Assembly: GCF_026571515.1 (NCBI RefSeq)
Contig: NW_026856302.1
Coordinates: 1 to 64,000 of the forward strand
Source: Ruditapes philippinarum
Taxonomy: Eukaryota
Reading direction: 5' to 3'
DNA length: 64,000 nucleotides
How positions within the stretch are numbered: the first letter of the stretch is position 1; each line of letters begins with the position of its first letter. A program made the position numbers and the translations under genes. The notes beneath the pieces were generated by a model. The model saw only the letters and a program-made list of their open reading frames with translations, had not been told where the DNA came from and made no database searches. Below, one piece after another: positions 51,326 through 64,000 of this stretch.

Positions 51326-52329
51326 TTCATCCTGAGAAAACTGGATCTTTTGATAATCTGTTGTATAAACATAATTTCCTTACTTGGCAGGGAACACATT
51401 ACTATGATACAGACAAACTAAGAACTCAAAAGATTTAAGTTTATTCATGTAATTAAATAGCATAATTGAATGGCCAATGGTCCTTCCCAATGTTACTGGG
51501 GTTCTAACTGGTAGGAGACTTATGTATTGCTTGCAATACTATGATAATTGGTTGTTTTAACAGTTAAGAGAAATGTAGTTGCTACGGTTACATACATAGT
51601 AATACAAAAGTGAGGCAAAACATAAACATTTGTTCCATATTTTTCAAAATTATTATTTCCTTAAAATGGGCATTGGCACGACTTTCCTTTTTATGCAGCG
51701 ACTTTGAAAAATCTTAGACAAATTCTTCCGCATTAATATTGGAGAGATCATTATATCTGTCGAGGACTGCTGCATTGTTCGTAACAAGCTCTTATTTACA
51801 TGAATTTTCTTGAATCAAGACAATTGATCTAACATTCACACATAAAATTTGGTTGAGTTTGACCCTTTTACAAACTTTGAAATTTTCTTTTTCAAGTTTT
51901 ACATGCATGTTTTCCTTCTTTTACGCATTTACTTGAAATTTAGTAAATAGTAAAGGTCGAGATGTCTGCCTTACTGACATACAATGTTTTCTATACTTGT
52001 TATAGTATCTTATGACACACGATAATGTTATGTATAATGGTGTAATACACGTTTAAGAATCAAATTGTTTAAAAAAAACAATTAAAAATACTGTCATGCG
52101 TTTAAATCCTGAATATATATATAGAAATATAAGAAATTAATTTTTTTCCGCCTTTATACAAATGTCTCACAATTTTTAACACAATACTTCTTATCATGAT
52201 AATGTTGACCAGGCATGAAAAATCTGACAAAATAGCAGGACATATTAAGATATAAAGGAGGCGTTATCAGTAATACAGCTCAGGTTTTTATTTTTTTTCA
52301 TTTCTAAAGTGTGTGTAAAACCCCTCGAA

Positions 52330-53970
52330 ATGATGATTTATTGCATATCGTTTGTGTGCTTTATTTCACTCATTGCTTTTGGAGAAAAAATAAAAGAACA
52401 ACAAAATCTGCAGTCAATTTGGAAAGAGATTGATTTTCTGAAAGAACGTACACTGGCATTGGAAAGTGAGGTTAAGGGATTAAAACTTCAAAATGACTAC
52501 CTTAAACAAAAGGTTGAAACGCTTGAAAGACAATGCGCGGAACACTCTGTAGAGGTAATCATACTGGCTTATCAAAATTTTTACATTAATTTTTCTAACT
52601 TAACTCTATCTGAAACACTTATATAGTTTTGAATTTAGTACTATTACTTGAAGGTCCGTTGAAAAAGGCAATTTTCCATTAGTACATAAAATCATTATAC
52701 GGAGATCATTCGAAAAGATATTCCATTAATAGGTTTCTAAAGTTTTATCCTCATAGTATTTAAAACGTTTTATTGCAATATAATGAGGTGTTCAATAGCT
52801 AACTACAACACCTTGTTTCATGCCATTTGCATATAAAATAACAGATATTTTAATATGAAATACATAGGTCATATAAATGGGCAAGTTTGAAGGTACAAAA
52901 TCTTATTGACACACTCTCCATATTCTATTTAATGAAAATCTTTTGATTAAATAGTGTTTGTATGCGTATTTAATTTTGACTCAGCACTTATAATTGTATA
53001 AATTTTCAGGATGTCGAAAGGACAGAAAAAACTGACACAACGGCCAACACGTCAAACAATCACAGCTATTCTTTCAAACAGACATTTGAATCAAGGAAAC
53101 GAACTTCTAAACTAAATCGCCAGAGAAGTATACTACCAAGTAAATATAATTACGTAAATCCCCATGTCTTATTCGGCTACAGTACATGCATGGCAATAAC
53201 GCAGTAGATGACACATTTGCAACCGACAGTAGTGTAAAATGAAGGAACTCCAGACTAAATAGTGGTTTTGGAAATACAATCGGATGTTTCTTTCGCCTAT
53301 ATCATCTTTTTTGTGACTTGGGCGTTATCTGTGACAATGGCGCGCGTTTTCTAACCATTCCATATACCGGTACCTAATTGAAAAAAGAACGTGAAATATA
53401 ATATATGACGTATTTTAATTAGAATATAGTTTTTAATATATATGTGATGCTACAATAGCTGACATGACAAATCCCTTTCTCTATAAATGATTTGTCTGCT
53501 TACACGTTCAGATTGTCCACCAATTGAATCGTTTTCTATTTTCAGGACAGGTCTCAATCCAAACCCATGTAGCTTTTACAGCAGGAGTATCGGTTGATAA
53601 TCTTCATAATTTAGGTGATCATCAAGCTATTATATTTGATCGTGTCATCACAAATATTGGCAATGCTTACCATCCACACACTGGGATTTTTAATGTCCCG
53701 GTTAAAGGCGCATATGCTATAACGCTAACCATGACTGTTGAACCTGACAAATTTCAATGGCTTGAGTTAGTTGTTGACGGTGGTTCAACATACTATATAT
53801 CTGCTGGCCATGCGGGTGCTAGGGACTTCGCTTCTACAACACAATAATGGATCATAGATCTGCAAACCGGATCAGAAGTGTGGGTCAGGAAGATTGGTTG
53901 GTATGGCCAATCTGATCTCCACGGAAATATGAACACTATTATATCCGGCCATCTATTGTTTCAGACGTAA
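52330..53970 (+). pseudogene. C1qDC gene 9 with a single premature stop (CAA to TAA at 53845-53847)
   Basis: Exons 52330-52554, 53010-53139 and 53546-53970 are otherwise intact. The equivalent codon is CAA in the near-identical exon at 41128. Confidence 0.85.
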
Positions 53971-55005
53971 GAATTTCCGAAAAGTAAAGTTATCAAATTG
54001 TGATTTTTGTGTATGAAAAATATAAGCAAAATAAAATCTTTCTGATGCCGATCTGTGGTTTTATCTTACAGGAAGACGAACTTTGCAATAGACTGAAATA
54101 ATTTTGACAAATTGCTTACTGTAGCGAAAAGCATTGCAATGGAATAATGGCTAAATATAAGCTGATGTACTTGTATGTGTGATTACGTCATAAATTTATA
54201 TGATTAATTTCAAAATTATTGTTTAACGCAATAAACCATTTTTCTTAATTCTGGTACGAATTTAAAATTTATTGAACAGTATAAATTGAATGACTATTAC
54301 ATCTTTTTATTTGTTATGGCCATATTAATTATAAACTGTTAACTTTTATAGCTTGTTTCTTTATTTACCAGGATTAATCGGAGAATAGCAGGCCCATTCT
54401 CCTGTGGTTGAATAACATTTGGCTAAGGGTTTGCCTGCAACGTTTTATTTAAAAAATTACATACCTTAGTCAAAATTAAATGATTAAGTTTGATTGAATT
54501 TGACCGTAATTAAACTCAGAAGCGTTCTTGTGTTCAGACTATTAAACAACGTCAAATATAACTGAAGGATAATAAGACGAATATTCAGTCAAACTGACAG
54601 ATCTAAGTATCTAATGGTATCTGGCATATTAGTATGTTTTTTTTTTCAATTTCGTAACACACATATTTAGAAAGAGAGAATCAAATTGTTAATTTTTAAA
54701 ATAAAAACATTAAAATTCATGGTTTACCTATGTACCTAAGAAGCAATCTTTTGTGAAATAGAACAAAACTTTTATACGAAATCTAAATCTTTTTAAATTC
54801 TTAATATATAGATAAATAGCAAGTCCATTCATTTCATGCTTTTACAAATGTTTCACAATTTTTGACCCAACTTGTAGACACCAAAACTTCTTATCATGAA
54901 AATGGTAACACATCAAAGTTAAACATGACAGCAGATCCTTTTAAAGGAATCATTATCAGTTATACCTCACGTCCATTTTTTTCTAAATTGTCTTAGCTTT
55001 TCGAG

Positions 55006-58000
55006 ATGGTGATTTCTTACATACTGTTTGTATGTTTCATTTCAAAAACTGTGTTTGGAGAAGAATTACACGAACATAAAAATATGCAGTCGATTTTGAA
55101 TGAGTTGGATTCGATGAAAAAAATGCTTCAACATAATAGTGAAAAGTTGATAGAGATTGATTATCTGAGGGAACGTACACTGGCATTGGAAAATGAGGTT
55201 GAGGGATTAAAACATGAAAATCACAATCTTAATCAAAAGGTTAAAACGCTGGAAAGACTATATGCGGATCGTTCTGTAGAGGTAATCATACTGGCTTATC
55301 AAATTCACATTGTTTTTTTCAAATTCAATTCTATCTGAAATACTTACATAGTTTTTAAAGTACTATTTACTAGTTTGACTCATACTAATGTAAGACATAC
55401 TTAAAGATTACGATTAAAGTCATTAAATTAAAGCAGAGCATGGCCGGATGCATAACTTTTAAATCATTTTAATAGAACATAAATATATTTCAAGCTCAAT
55501 TGAAAAAGGCAATTTTCCATTAGTATATAAAATCATTATACGGAGATCATTGAATAAGCTATGTCACTAAAATGTTTCTGTAGTTTACATGTGTTTTATC
55601 CTCATAGTATTTTGAAACGCTTCATTATACTTGAAAAGCTAACTATAACAGTTTCTTTCATGCAATTTGCGTGTTAAATGACCGAGATGTTTTAACTGTC
55701 ATCGACTTTGATCAATTTATATAATTATATATATTATACAATGGATAACAAAACTAAAATCAAAACTACATTAAATGTCGCATTAGAATTAATATACATG
55801 CAACGCAGATTTATTATCAAATGGGTGGCATATATGGACTTTGGGTCATTGCAAAGCGCAAATCTTTATGCGGGTGAAAACATTTTAAGCCTGGCAATTG
55901 TCTGGCAAAGATAAATACCATTCCGGTAGGCCTATGTTACCAAGGCAATTGGTTCTATTAAAGTTATAGTTGTGCAGGAGTAAAGGAGATGTACTGGCAT
56001 ATCAGAAAACAGTATTCATTTAATTAATTTAAAATCAAGTGTTTGGGTTTTTAAGACAGGTTTGTGCCAGGTGGGTACCCATTTAATCATTAAGCTACAA
56101 TAGAAACAGCGTTTTCAGTGTGTCAAGTAACTTCTAAAAACATACAAAGACTGTGATAGTCAAGTTGTTTCTATCTTGCAGATAGGTGATAAAACTTGGG
56201 TTGATATGTTAAAGCTTCAAAAGTGCCTTGATGATGCAGTAGACAGAGTTGCCGCTTCAGTGTTGTATTCATGCAATAACATACTCTATTCATATTTCTT
56301 TCTATAAAATTGCAAATTTTAGGTATTTTTTTCTTATTTGACCGGTTTTGTTTCAAGAAGTTACAAATGCGTGAGAATATTTTTGTACACGACTTGATTC
56401 CAATGATCATACATTCGACAGAAAGGTGAGAAACAATTACATAGAGGATATTTGTTTGTTTGTGTGTAAGATGAAATTTTATTTCATCGAGTGAGCTTTA
56501 AAAACAGTATTCTCAAGAGTGGAGTAGCCACGAGTTAGAATATTGTTTTTAAAGTTCACGAGATGAAATAAAATTACATCTTACACAACAAACAAACACA
56601 TTTTCCTTTTATTTTATGCTTAAAAACAAGTTAAAACAAAATTTCCTTGATAGTAACATAAATATTAAAATTTGTTTTCCCAACTGGTAGCCTCTATTAT
56701 GTACATGTTTTGTCGAATTTCTCATATTAAATGTAAACGGCCGCCATTTTTAAGAATTGTGTATTTCAGGAAAATAATTGTGTTTGATTCAGAGGGTTAT
56801 CATTTGGATTTGTTAGTCATACACCTTTTTAAAAGAAAGAAAACTTATTTGAGGATTGTAACAGACAATAAATAAGTGTTAACAAATTTGTAAACATAAA
56901 AAACGGCTAGGAAATTGGAAACTTGGATTTGTTGAAAGGCTGCCTTATGGACGCTGTGTTGTTTACTTATTCTTTGGGCTGATGGCTGTCATTGCTTTTC
57001 AAGTTTTCATAGAGCATACGGCAGTTATTCCTCGTAGGATACTTAAATATGCCCAAATGTTATCAAGAACAGTTTTGCATGTAGAAGGAATGTATTTTTC
57101 AGACTGTATAAATGAAACAAAAAAATAGATATTTGGTGATTGGTAATTTGGATGAATAGAAGTAAGTTTTCTTCTTGTTATTACTTTTGACATTTAAATT
57201 ATTTATCAATTTCAGCTTTGCTTTTGTCTAAACACCCTGACATTGTCAAAATTGTCAGCAAAAATAAAATTGAGGTACCACATGGGGAAAATCTTAAAAA
57301 AGTAGTATCGTTATTGAAACGTGTGAAATTATATATTGATAATTTTCACTATGAAATTATCAAATATAATTTCCACGGATAAATCAGTAATCCACTGAAA
57401 AGCATAAAATAATCCATCATAATAACATGACAGAGCGTAAGATTCGAACTTATGAGTGCAAATCAGTAAAAGTTACAGTGACGTTGATTTACCAACTGAG
57501 CCGCTACGATGGTACACAGTCGTACATGTATTAGAATTAAACCATATGTCTTATTCGAATTAAACTATTCAGAGTTGTGACACGTCCAATCTCGGATAAT
57601 ATGTAGTCTTACCTTGTACCGTTAAGACCAAATTATTATCCCAGGACAATAAGAACCTAGCTAGAAACCAGTGTGTAGGCTCCTGTACGGTAAAAATATT
57701 TGGAATATTTCTCCTAAAAGAAGAAACATAAGTTCTGTTTTAAGTCCATTTCTGTATAATTTTTCAGAATGTTGAAAGGACCGAAAAAACTGACACGACG
57801 GCCAACAGGGCAAACAATCACAGCTGTTCTTTCAAACAGAAATTTGAATCAAGGAAACGAACTTTTAAACCAAATCGCCAGAGAAGTATACTACAAAGTA
57901 AATACTATTAGTAAATCCCCATATCTTATTCCATGTATTCGGCTACATGCATGGCAAGAACGCAGTAGATGACTACATTTGCAACCGACAGTAGTGTAAA

Positions 58001-58744
58001 GTGAAGGAACTCCAGACTAAATAGTGGTTCTGGAATATACACTCAGATGTTTCTTTCGTCTATGTTATCTTTTTTGTGACGTGGGCGTTATCTGTGACAG
58101 TGGCGCGCGTTATCAAACCATTCTCTCTACCTAACTGAAAAAAGAGCGTGAAATATAATATATAAGGTATTTTAATTAGAATATATATTTTTATATTATA
58201 TATATATGTGATGCTACAACACCTGGTTATAACATGACACATCCCTTTCTCTATAAATTATCTGTCTGTTTGTTTGCACGTTCAGATTGTTCACCAATTG
58301 ACTCGTTTTCTATTTTCAGGACAGGTCTCAATCCAAACCCATGTAGCTTTTACAGCAGGAGTATCGATTCCAAATCTACACAATTTAGGTGTTCATCAAA
58401 CTATCGTATTTGATTATGTCATCACAAACATCGGCAATGCATACCATCAACATACTGGGATTTTTAATGTCCCGGTTAAAGGCGCTTATGCTATAACGCT
58501 AACCATGACTATTGAACCAGACAAATTTCAATGGCTTGAGTTAGTTGTTGACGGTAGTTCCACATACGATATAGGTGCTGGCCAAGCGGACGCTAGGGAC
58601 TACGCTTCTACAACACATCAATGGATCCTAGAGCTGCAAACCGGATCAGAAGTTTGGGTCAGGAAGATTGGTAGTTCTGGCCAATCTGACCTCCACGGAA
58701 ATATGCATACTATTATATCTGGCCATCTATTGTTCCAGACGTAA
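55006..58744 (+). CDS. C1qDC gene 10, 276 aa, intact
   Basis: Exons 55006-55281, 57768-57897 and 58320-58744 with an open frame. Intron 1 is expanded by TE insertions. Confidence 0.9.
56442..57413 (-). mobile_element. Inverted, internally deleted copy of the 28482-29653 hairpin element
   Basis: tagaggatatttgtttg... through ...ccactgaaaagcataaaataat matches the reverse complement of the other copy. Confidence 0.85.
57435..57507 (-). mobile_element. tRNA-like SINE head remnant
   Basis: The reverse strand has an A-box (ggctcagttgg) and a B-box (gttcgaatc), but I could not fold a full cloverleaf. Confidence 0.35.
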
Positions 58745-59829
58745 CAATTTCCGAAAAGTAAAGTATCAAATTGTGATTTTTCTGTATGAAAAATATAAGC
58801 AAAAATAAAATCTTTCTGATCTGTTGTTTACAGGAAGACGAACTTTGCAATAGACTGAAATAATATTGACAAATAGCTTACTGAAGCGAAAATCATTGCA
58901 ATGAATTATGGCTAAATATATGATGATGTACTTGTATGTGTGATTACGTCATTAATATGATTAAGTTCAAAAGGCGTAATTTCATATTATTGTTTAACGC
59001 AATTAACCATTTTTCTTAATTCTGGTACGAAAGTATGTTATTTAAAATTTATTGAACAGTATGAATTGAATGACTATTATTAGTACATTTCTTTATTTGT
59101 TATGGCCATATTAATAATAAACTGTTAAACTTATATAGCATATATTATTTCTTTATTTACCAGGATTATTCGGAGAATCGCAGGTCCATTCTCCTGTGGT
59201 TGAATAACATTTGGCTAAGGTTTTGTCTGCAACGTTTTATTTAAAAAAATACGTACCTTAGTTAAGATTAAAACATAAAGTTTGATTGAAATTTACCGTT
59301 ATTAAACTCAGAAACGTTCTTGTGTTCAGACTATTAAACATAGTCAAATATAACTGAAGGATATGGGATGATTATAATAAGATGAACATTCAGTCAAACT
59401 GACAGATCTAAGTATCTTATAGTATCTGGCACATTAGTATGTTTTTTTTTTCAATTTCGTAACACACATATTTAGAAAGAGAGAATCAAATCGTTAAATC
59501 AAAACATTTACATTCATGCTTTACATACGTACTAAAGAAGCCATCTTTTGTGCAATAAAACAAAACTTTTTTACGAAATCTAATATTTTTTAAATTCTGA
59601 ACATACAGATAAATACATGTATCAAGCTCATTAATTATTTGCATGCTTATACAAATTTTACAAATGTTTCACAATTTTTGACCCAACTTGTAGACACCAA
59701 AACTTCTTATCATTAAAATGGTAACACATCAAAATTAAACATGACAGCAGATCCTTTTTAAGGAATCATTATCAGTAATGCGTCACGTTCATTTTTCTTT
59801 TCATTCCTAAATTGTGTTAACTTTTCGAG

Positions 59830-60400
59830 ATGATGATTTCTTACATATTGTGCATATGTTTTATATCACTAACTGTATTTGGAGAAGAATTACACGAACA
59901 TCATAATCTTCAGTTAATTTTGAAAGAAATGGATTTGATGAAAAAAATGCTCCAACATAATAGCGAAAAGTTGATAGAGATCGATTATCTGAGGGAACGT
60001 ACACTGGTATTGGAAAATGAGGTTGAGGGATTAAAACATGAAAATCACAATCTTAATCAAAAGGTTAAAACGCTGGAAAGACAATGTGCGCAGCGCCCCG
60101 TAGAGGTAACTATACTAGCATATTTCTGGTTTATTAAAATTAAGATTCCCAGCAAAACACTAATCTAAAGTTTTTTAAAAGAAAATAAAGCGTATAATTA
60201 TATATATATATAATTCTAATTAGCAAAGTAGAAAAGCAATAGAAAAGCAATAGAATGAAAACAATATTGTTTATAACTTCAGGATGTCAATGAAACAGAA
60301 AAATCTGACACGACAAACATTCAAAAGTATGCTTACGAACAGACATTTGAACTAAAGAAACGGACTTCTCATTTTAATCGTCAGAGAAGTATGATATCAG
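59830..60400 (+). CDS. C1qDC gene 11, exons 1-2 only; gC1q exon not in the window
   Basis: Exons 59830-60105 and 60283-60400 are open with GT-AG sites. It is a close paralog of gene 10. Confidence 0.82.
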
Positions 60401-60892
60401 GTAAATACAACTCCGTAATTCCCCAAAGCATGTCCCTAACGGGAAACCTTAATATCCGGCTGTGGTAAAAATTCCGACAAGAATAAAGTATACTAATTTT
60501 TTTAAAGAAAACTATCCTATTTGTCTTTTTTACGGTGTTATCTATTATATAATTTACTTTAACTAGATGTTTCAAATATATTCCGCTACATAATCTAATA
60601 ATCACACTGACCATAAGTTTCGCAGAAGCGGTGGGTGCATTCCAGCGGCGGAGAGTTTACGTCGTAGAAGCGGTGGAATAAAAAAAATTGCCGTTCGCTT
60701 TTGTCAGTAAGTTTAGAACTGAATTTAACTTTATGTTTTAATGTTTAACTGGAAAAACCTTGTGAGACGGGAGCCCACAAATGTACTCTTCCAACTTATT
60801 ACACGCACACGATGTAATTTATTGCCGTTTATGCAAACAGTTCTGTACAGTTTGACGAGTTGACGCCAATTTAGTCTGATTTTGCTTAAAAC

Positions 60893-61016
60893 TATGGTGG
60901 CTGATTTGTGCCATTCGTGTTTTCGCTCTGCGCCCCCTTTTAACTTGTTAATTTTCGACTTTTCGCTTGGCGGCGTCGCGGGGCGAAAACACGAATGAAA
61001 CAAACCAGCCACCATA
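60893..61016. mobile_element. ~125-bp foldback MITE
   Basis: ~34-bp inverted repeats: tatggtggctgatttgtgccattcgtgttttcgc and gcgaaaacacgaatgaaacaaaccagccaccata. Confidence 0.7.
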
Positions 61017-61895
61017 TAAAACACATACAAATGTATGTAAAACGACGCCTTAATACACCGGCATCGCATTGTATGGATACTATTTGCAAAAACAACATTA
61101 TTTTGGAAATTTTGTAAATACTTATTGCCATTTTATAAAATTATAAAAATGACAAAAAAAATTACAACACAGTCGGCGATGGATTCAATTGCAACGCAGT
61201 GCGATTGGTCCGACAACATTTATGTCAATCTTAAGATAATAACTTGACATAGAACCTTTTTAAAATTCGACTTTGAGTTCGTTCTTGTTACCCCCTGACC
61301 CGGCATAGGCAAGGATTATATTGCAAACAAACAACCTTTTATATACAGTCATCAGTCTGATATAAACAGCTCCTAAATAACGCTTCACATTAGGATCTGA
61401 CGATCACCAATATGTTGTTACTGTTTCATTATTTCTCAAACAACCAATCATCGGCAAGCTTTCATAATTGTCAAAGCGATGCGTTTTCTGGAAAACCAAT
61501 ACAGAGCAGGTAATTTTCACGATTTCGGGAGAACAAACATGGCGTTATCTATAGACTTGGAAGGTAACTGGCAAAACAATCCTGTCTATTTAAAAATTAA
61601 GTCTATTTTTCCATTTTACTTCTTTCAAATTACTTCAAACATTTTTTATCACAAAAATCAACAATGGTTTTACTTCAACGGACAACGATATTTTAATACT
61701 TCTTCTATTGCCTACCTGTAAAAATCGGTTTGATTGCATGGCTAAAAATAGCTTTCTCGGGAAATCCGAATCATAATGAAGACGACACATATACGGTGGT
61801 AATCAGACCTATATGTCAGTGATAGGGGGATCTGAGCCTTAGTAGATTGATACGGTCATATAACCTACTAATAATTATATTCTCCGAATAAATAT

Positions 61896-62200
61896 GACGA
61901 ATTTTTAATACAGCAAAGCTCCTTTTTTTGGAGAAAAAGTTAAATTTCTTCTTAAATATACAGCAGTCGTGTATATTATAAGTTATAAAGATTTTTGACA
62001 GATTGTATTGCCCTATATAACGGTTGCTTGTAAATATAACCCGAGCCGCAAGGCGGGGGTTATATTGCAAACAACCGTTTACATACAGACATATAACCTG
62101 TCAGAAATATGTATAACGAATTTATAATACAGCAAGAATCATTTTTAGAGGAATAAAGCGAGATTTCTTTATAAATCGACAGTAGCCGTGTATATAGTTT
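61896..62200. mobile_element. Hairpin element end with flanking ~85-bp imperfect direct repeats
   Basis: aacggttg..aatataacccgagccgcaaggcgggggttatatt..caaccgtt. The motif acgaattt.taatacagcaa occurs at both 61896 and 62116. Confidence 0.5.
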
Positions 62201-62970
62201 AACGTCACGATTATCCAATGAAAAGCATTATCATAACCACATTAAGCAGAAAAAAGATGTTCAATATAATTATAATCTGAAAACTTGGCATGATGTTAGA
62301 ATATGATAACAGAAAGATTTCAAGCAAAAAAAAAAAAAAACTAAGGGGTCACCGTCCTCTTTTTCTTACTTAATTAGGGTTATTTCAATGGGGAGATAAT
62401 TTATACATACATCTAAAAAATGATTTTAATTTTCCTTTTGTTATGTTTTCAGTTTATTTTTGCACATTAAAATTATTTAATTCTATCAAATACTTCAGTT
62501 ACCTTTTTTTTCAATTTCAAAAGAGGTACTTTAAATCCTTTAAAAATATACCTTTTTTGAAACCATATACCTTTTTAAACCATTTTTTCTTTAAAAAATT
62601 AAACATACTATACTAAAGGGAAATAAATTTTATTTGAGTGAATGCAAAGTTTAGAATATTTTTAATTCTGACACCCAAATACCTTCTAAAATGTTATCGT
62701 TATAGTGTAAGAATATTATTTTTGACTGTAAACTGTACTTATTTTGGAAATGTGATTTAAACAAATGTTATGTTCGTATATCTTTTATTATTTTTTTTAA
62801 GTCTTTGGTTGAATAAAGTAGTGTTATTTTATCAAATGTGTTCAATAAATCAGTACTGGATCCACAACGACCATATGTACTGCACAGTTTGAGTAAAACC
62901 TGACAACTTTAGACTGTTACATGTATTTACCTTATATTCACATTTTTTCCCCGATTGCCACTATCATTAA

Positions 62971-63325
62971 AGGGTCTCCACTGAGGTTTTTTGACATGAT
63001 GGGGCTGCAAATATTTTTCCAGATAAATGTACCATTTGATGTAGGTTTAGGCCACTTATCTTTTTGCAAAATTTTAGATCATTCGTGCACTACGTTTTTC
63101 CAGAATAATTTTTCAAATTGTAAAAAAATGACCCAAAACGAAAAGCGTTTAAACGCTTTTGATTCATATTTGGCTAAGGAAAGCTTAAAAATACGATTTT
63201 CAGTTTATTTCAAAGTATATTTGTTAACTATCTTTGCATATATTTCTGTTTAAAGTGCCCAAGCTCAAATATGTAATAAATTCAAATGTTATGTTTTTAG
63301 TCTTTTAAACCTCAGTCGAGTCCCT
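62971..63325. mobile_element. 355-bp MITE with TTAA target duplication (Kolobok-type signature)
   Basis: TTAA|AGGGTCTCCACTGAGGTTT ... AAACCTCAGTCGAGTCCCT|TTAA. Confidence 0.8.
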
Positions 63326-64000
63326 TTAAATGAAGGCATTCATTTAACATGGATTTATATCCAAGGGGTATTTCTTTTAATACAGAATGCAACACACAGT
63401 TGAACATATAATATAGAAATAGTAATGTAACTACATAATATATGTACATATCACTTTAATCAACTTTTAATATAATTATTATCAGTGTCAAAGAAACAGG
63501 GGTATCAAAAGCATAGATGTCAGATTTTGCTTTTATTCACGAACTCTTTAATTCAAAAAGGCAATAGATGTCCCTAAAAAGTGCACCATTAAATACAAAA
63601 TTAAATTAATTTATAATAATACAGGTACTCGTAGCGCCGCATGACGCGCATAGTTTATATAATAATATCATAGCGGTTATTGGTCAACTAAAACTATAAA
63701 ACGCACCGTAGTTTATCAAAAGAAATAGACAGAAAACTTTTCCTCAAATAATACTTTCGCTGTAAAGATAAAATTTATATAAAATGGTGTTTCAGGATTA
63801 TAATACAACACAGTGACATTCAAAACTGAGATTTTTCTTCATATTCAAGAAGCATGTTTTGTTAATTTTTATGAGCATCTCTTTTATATGTTTGTATGAC
63901 AAAAACTTTGTTGAACCTGAAAACTATGGTCTCTGTAAGTCCAAGGTTGAACGTAGACTATTTTATGATAATACTGGCAAAAGGAATATTCAATGGAAGG

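Overview
AT-rich eukaryotic genomic DNA with GT-AG introns. The gene content and repeat style point to a mollusc, most likely a bivalve (inference). Bases 1-5698 hold the last coding exons of a PDE2-type cyclic nucleotide phosphodiesterase on the + strand. This gene has a tandemly duplicated 48-nt H-loop exon (213-260 and 333-380) that looks like a mutually exclusive pair, and its last 12 codons are the first unit of a 36-bp minisatellite. From about 14 kb to the end of the window is a + strand tandem array of secreted coiled-coil plus globular-C1q (C1qDC) genes, each with three coding exons. I count 11 loci: 4 intact, 1 probably intact but with an error-like stretch, 1 running off the window, 2 pseudogenes, 1 orphan intact gC1q exon and 2 fragments. 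The array was built by nested duplications, including a ~11 kb block (about 10.1-21.3 kb, repeated at about 26.7-37.7 kb) that abuts a ~4 kb satellite with ~204-bp monomers. It also carries a decayed intron-containing Crypton (tyrosine recombinase transposon), Crypton-like hairpin elements, TTAA-flanked MITEs, Helentron-type repeats and tRNA-derived SINEs. There are no CRISPR arrays, rRNA genes or convincing tRNA genes. Most short ORFs in the supplied track are spurious. All alignments were done by eye, and no database search was run.
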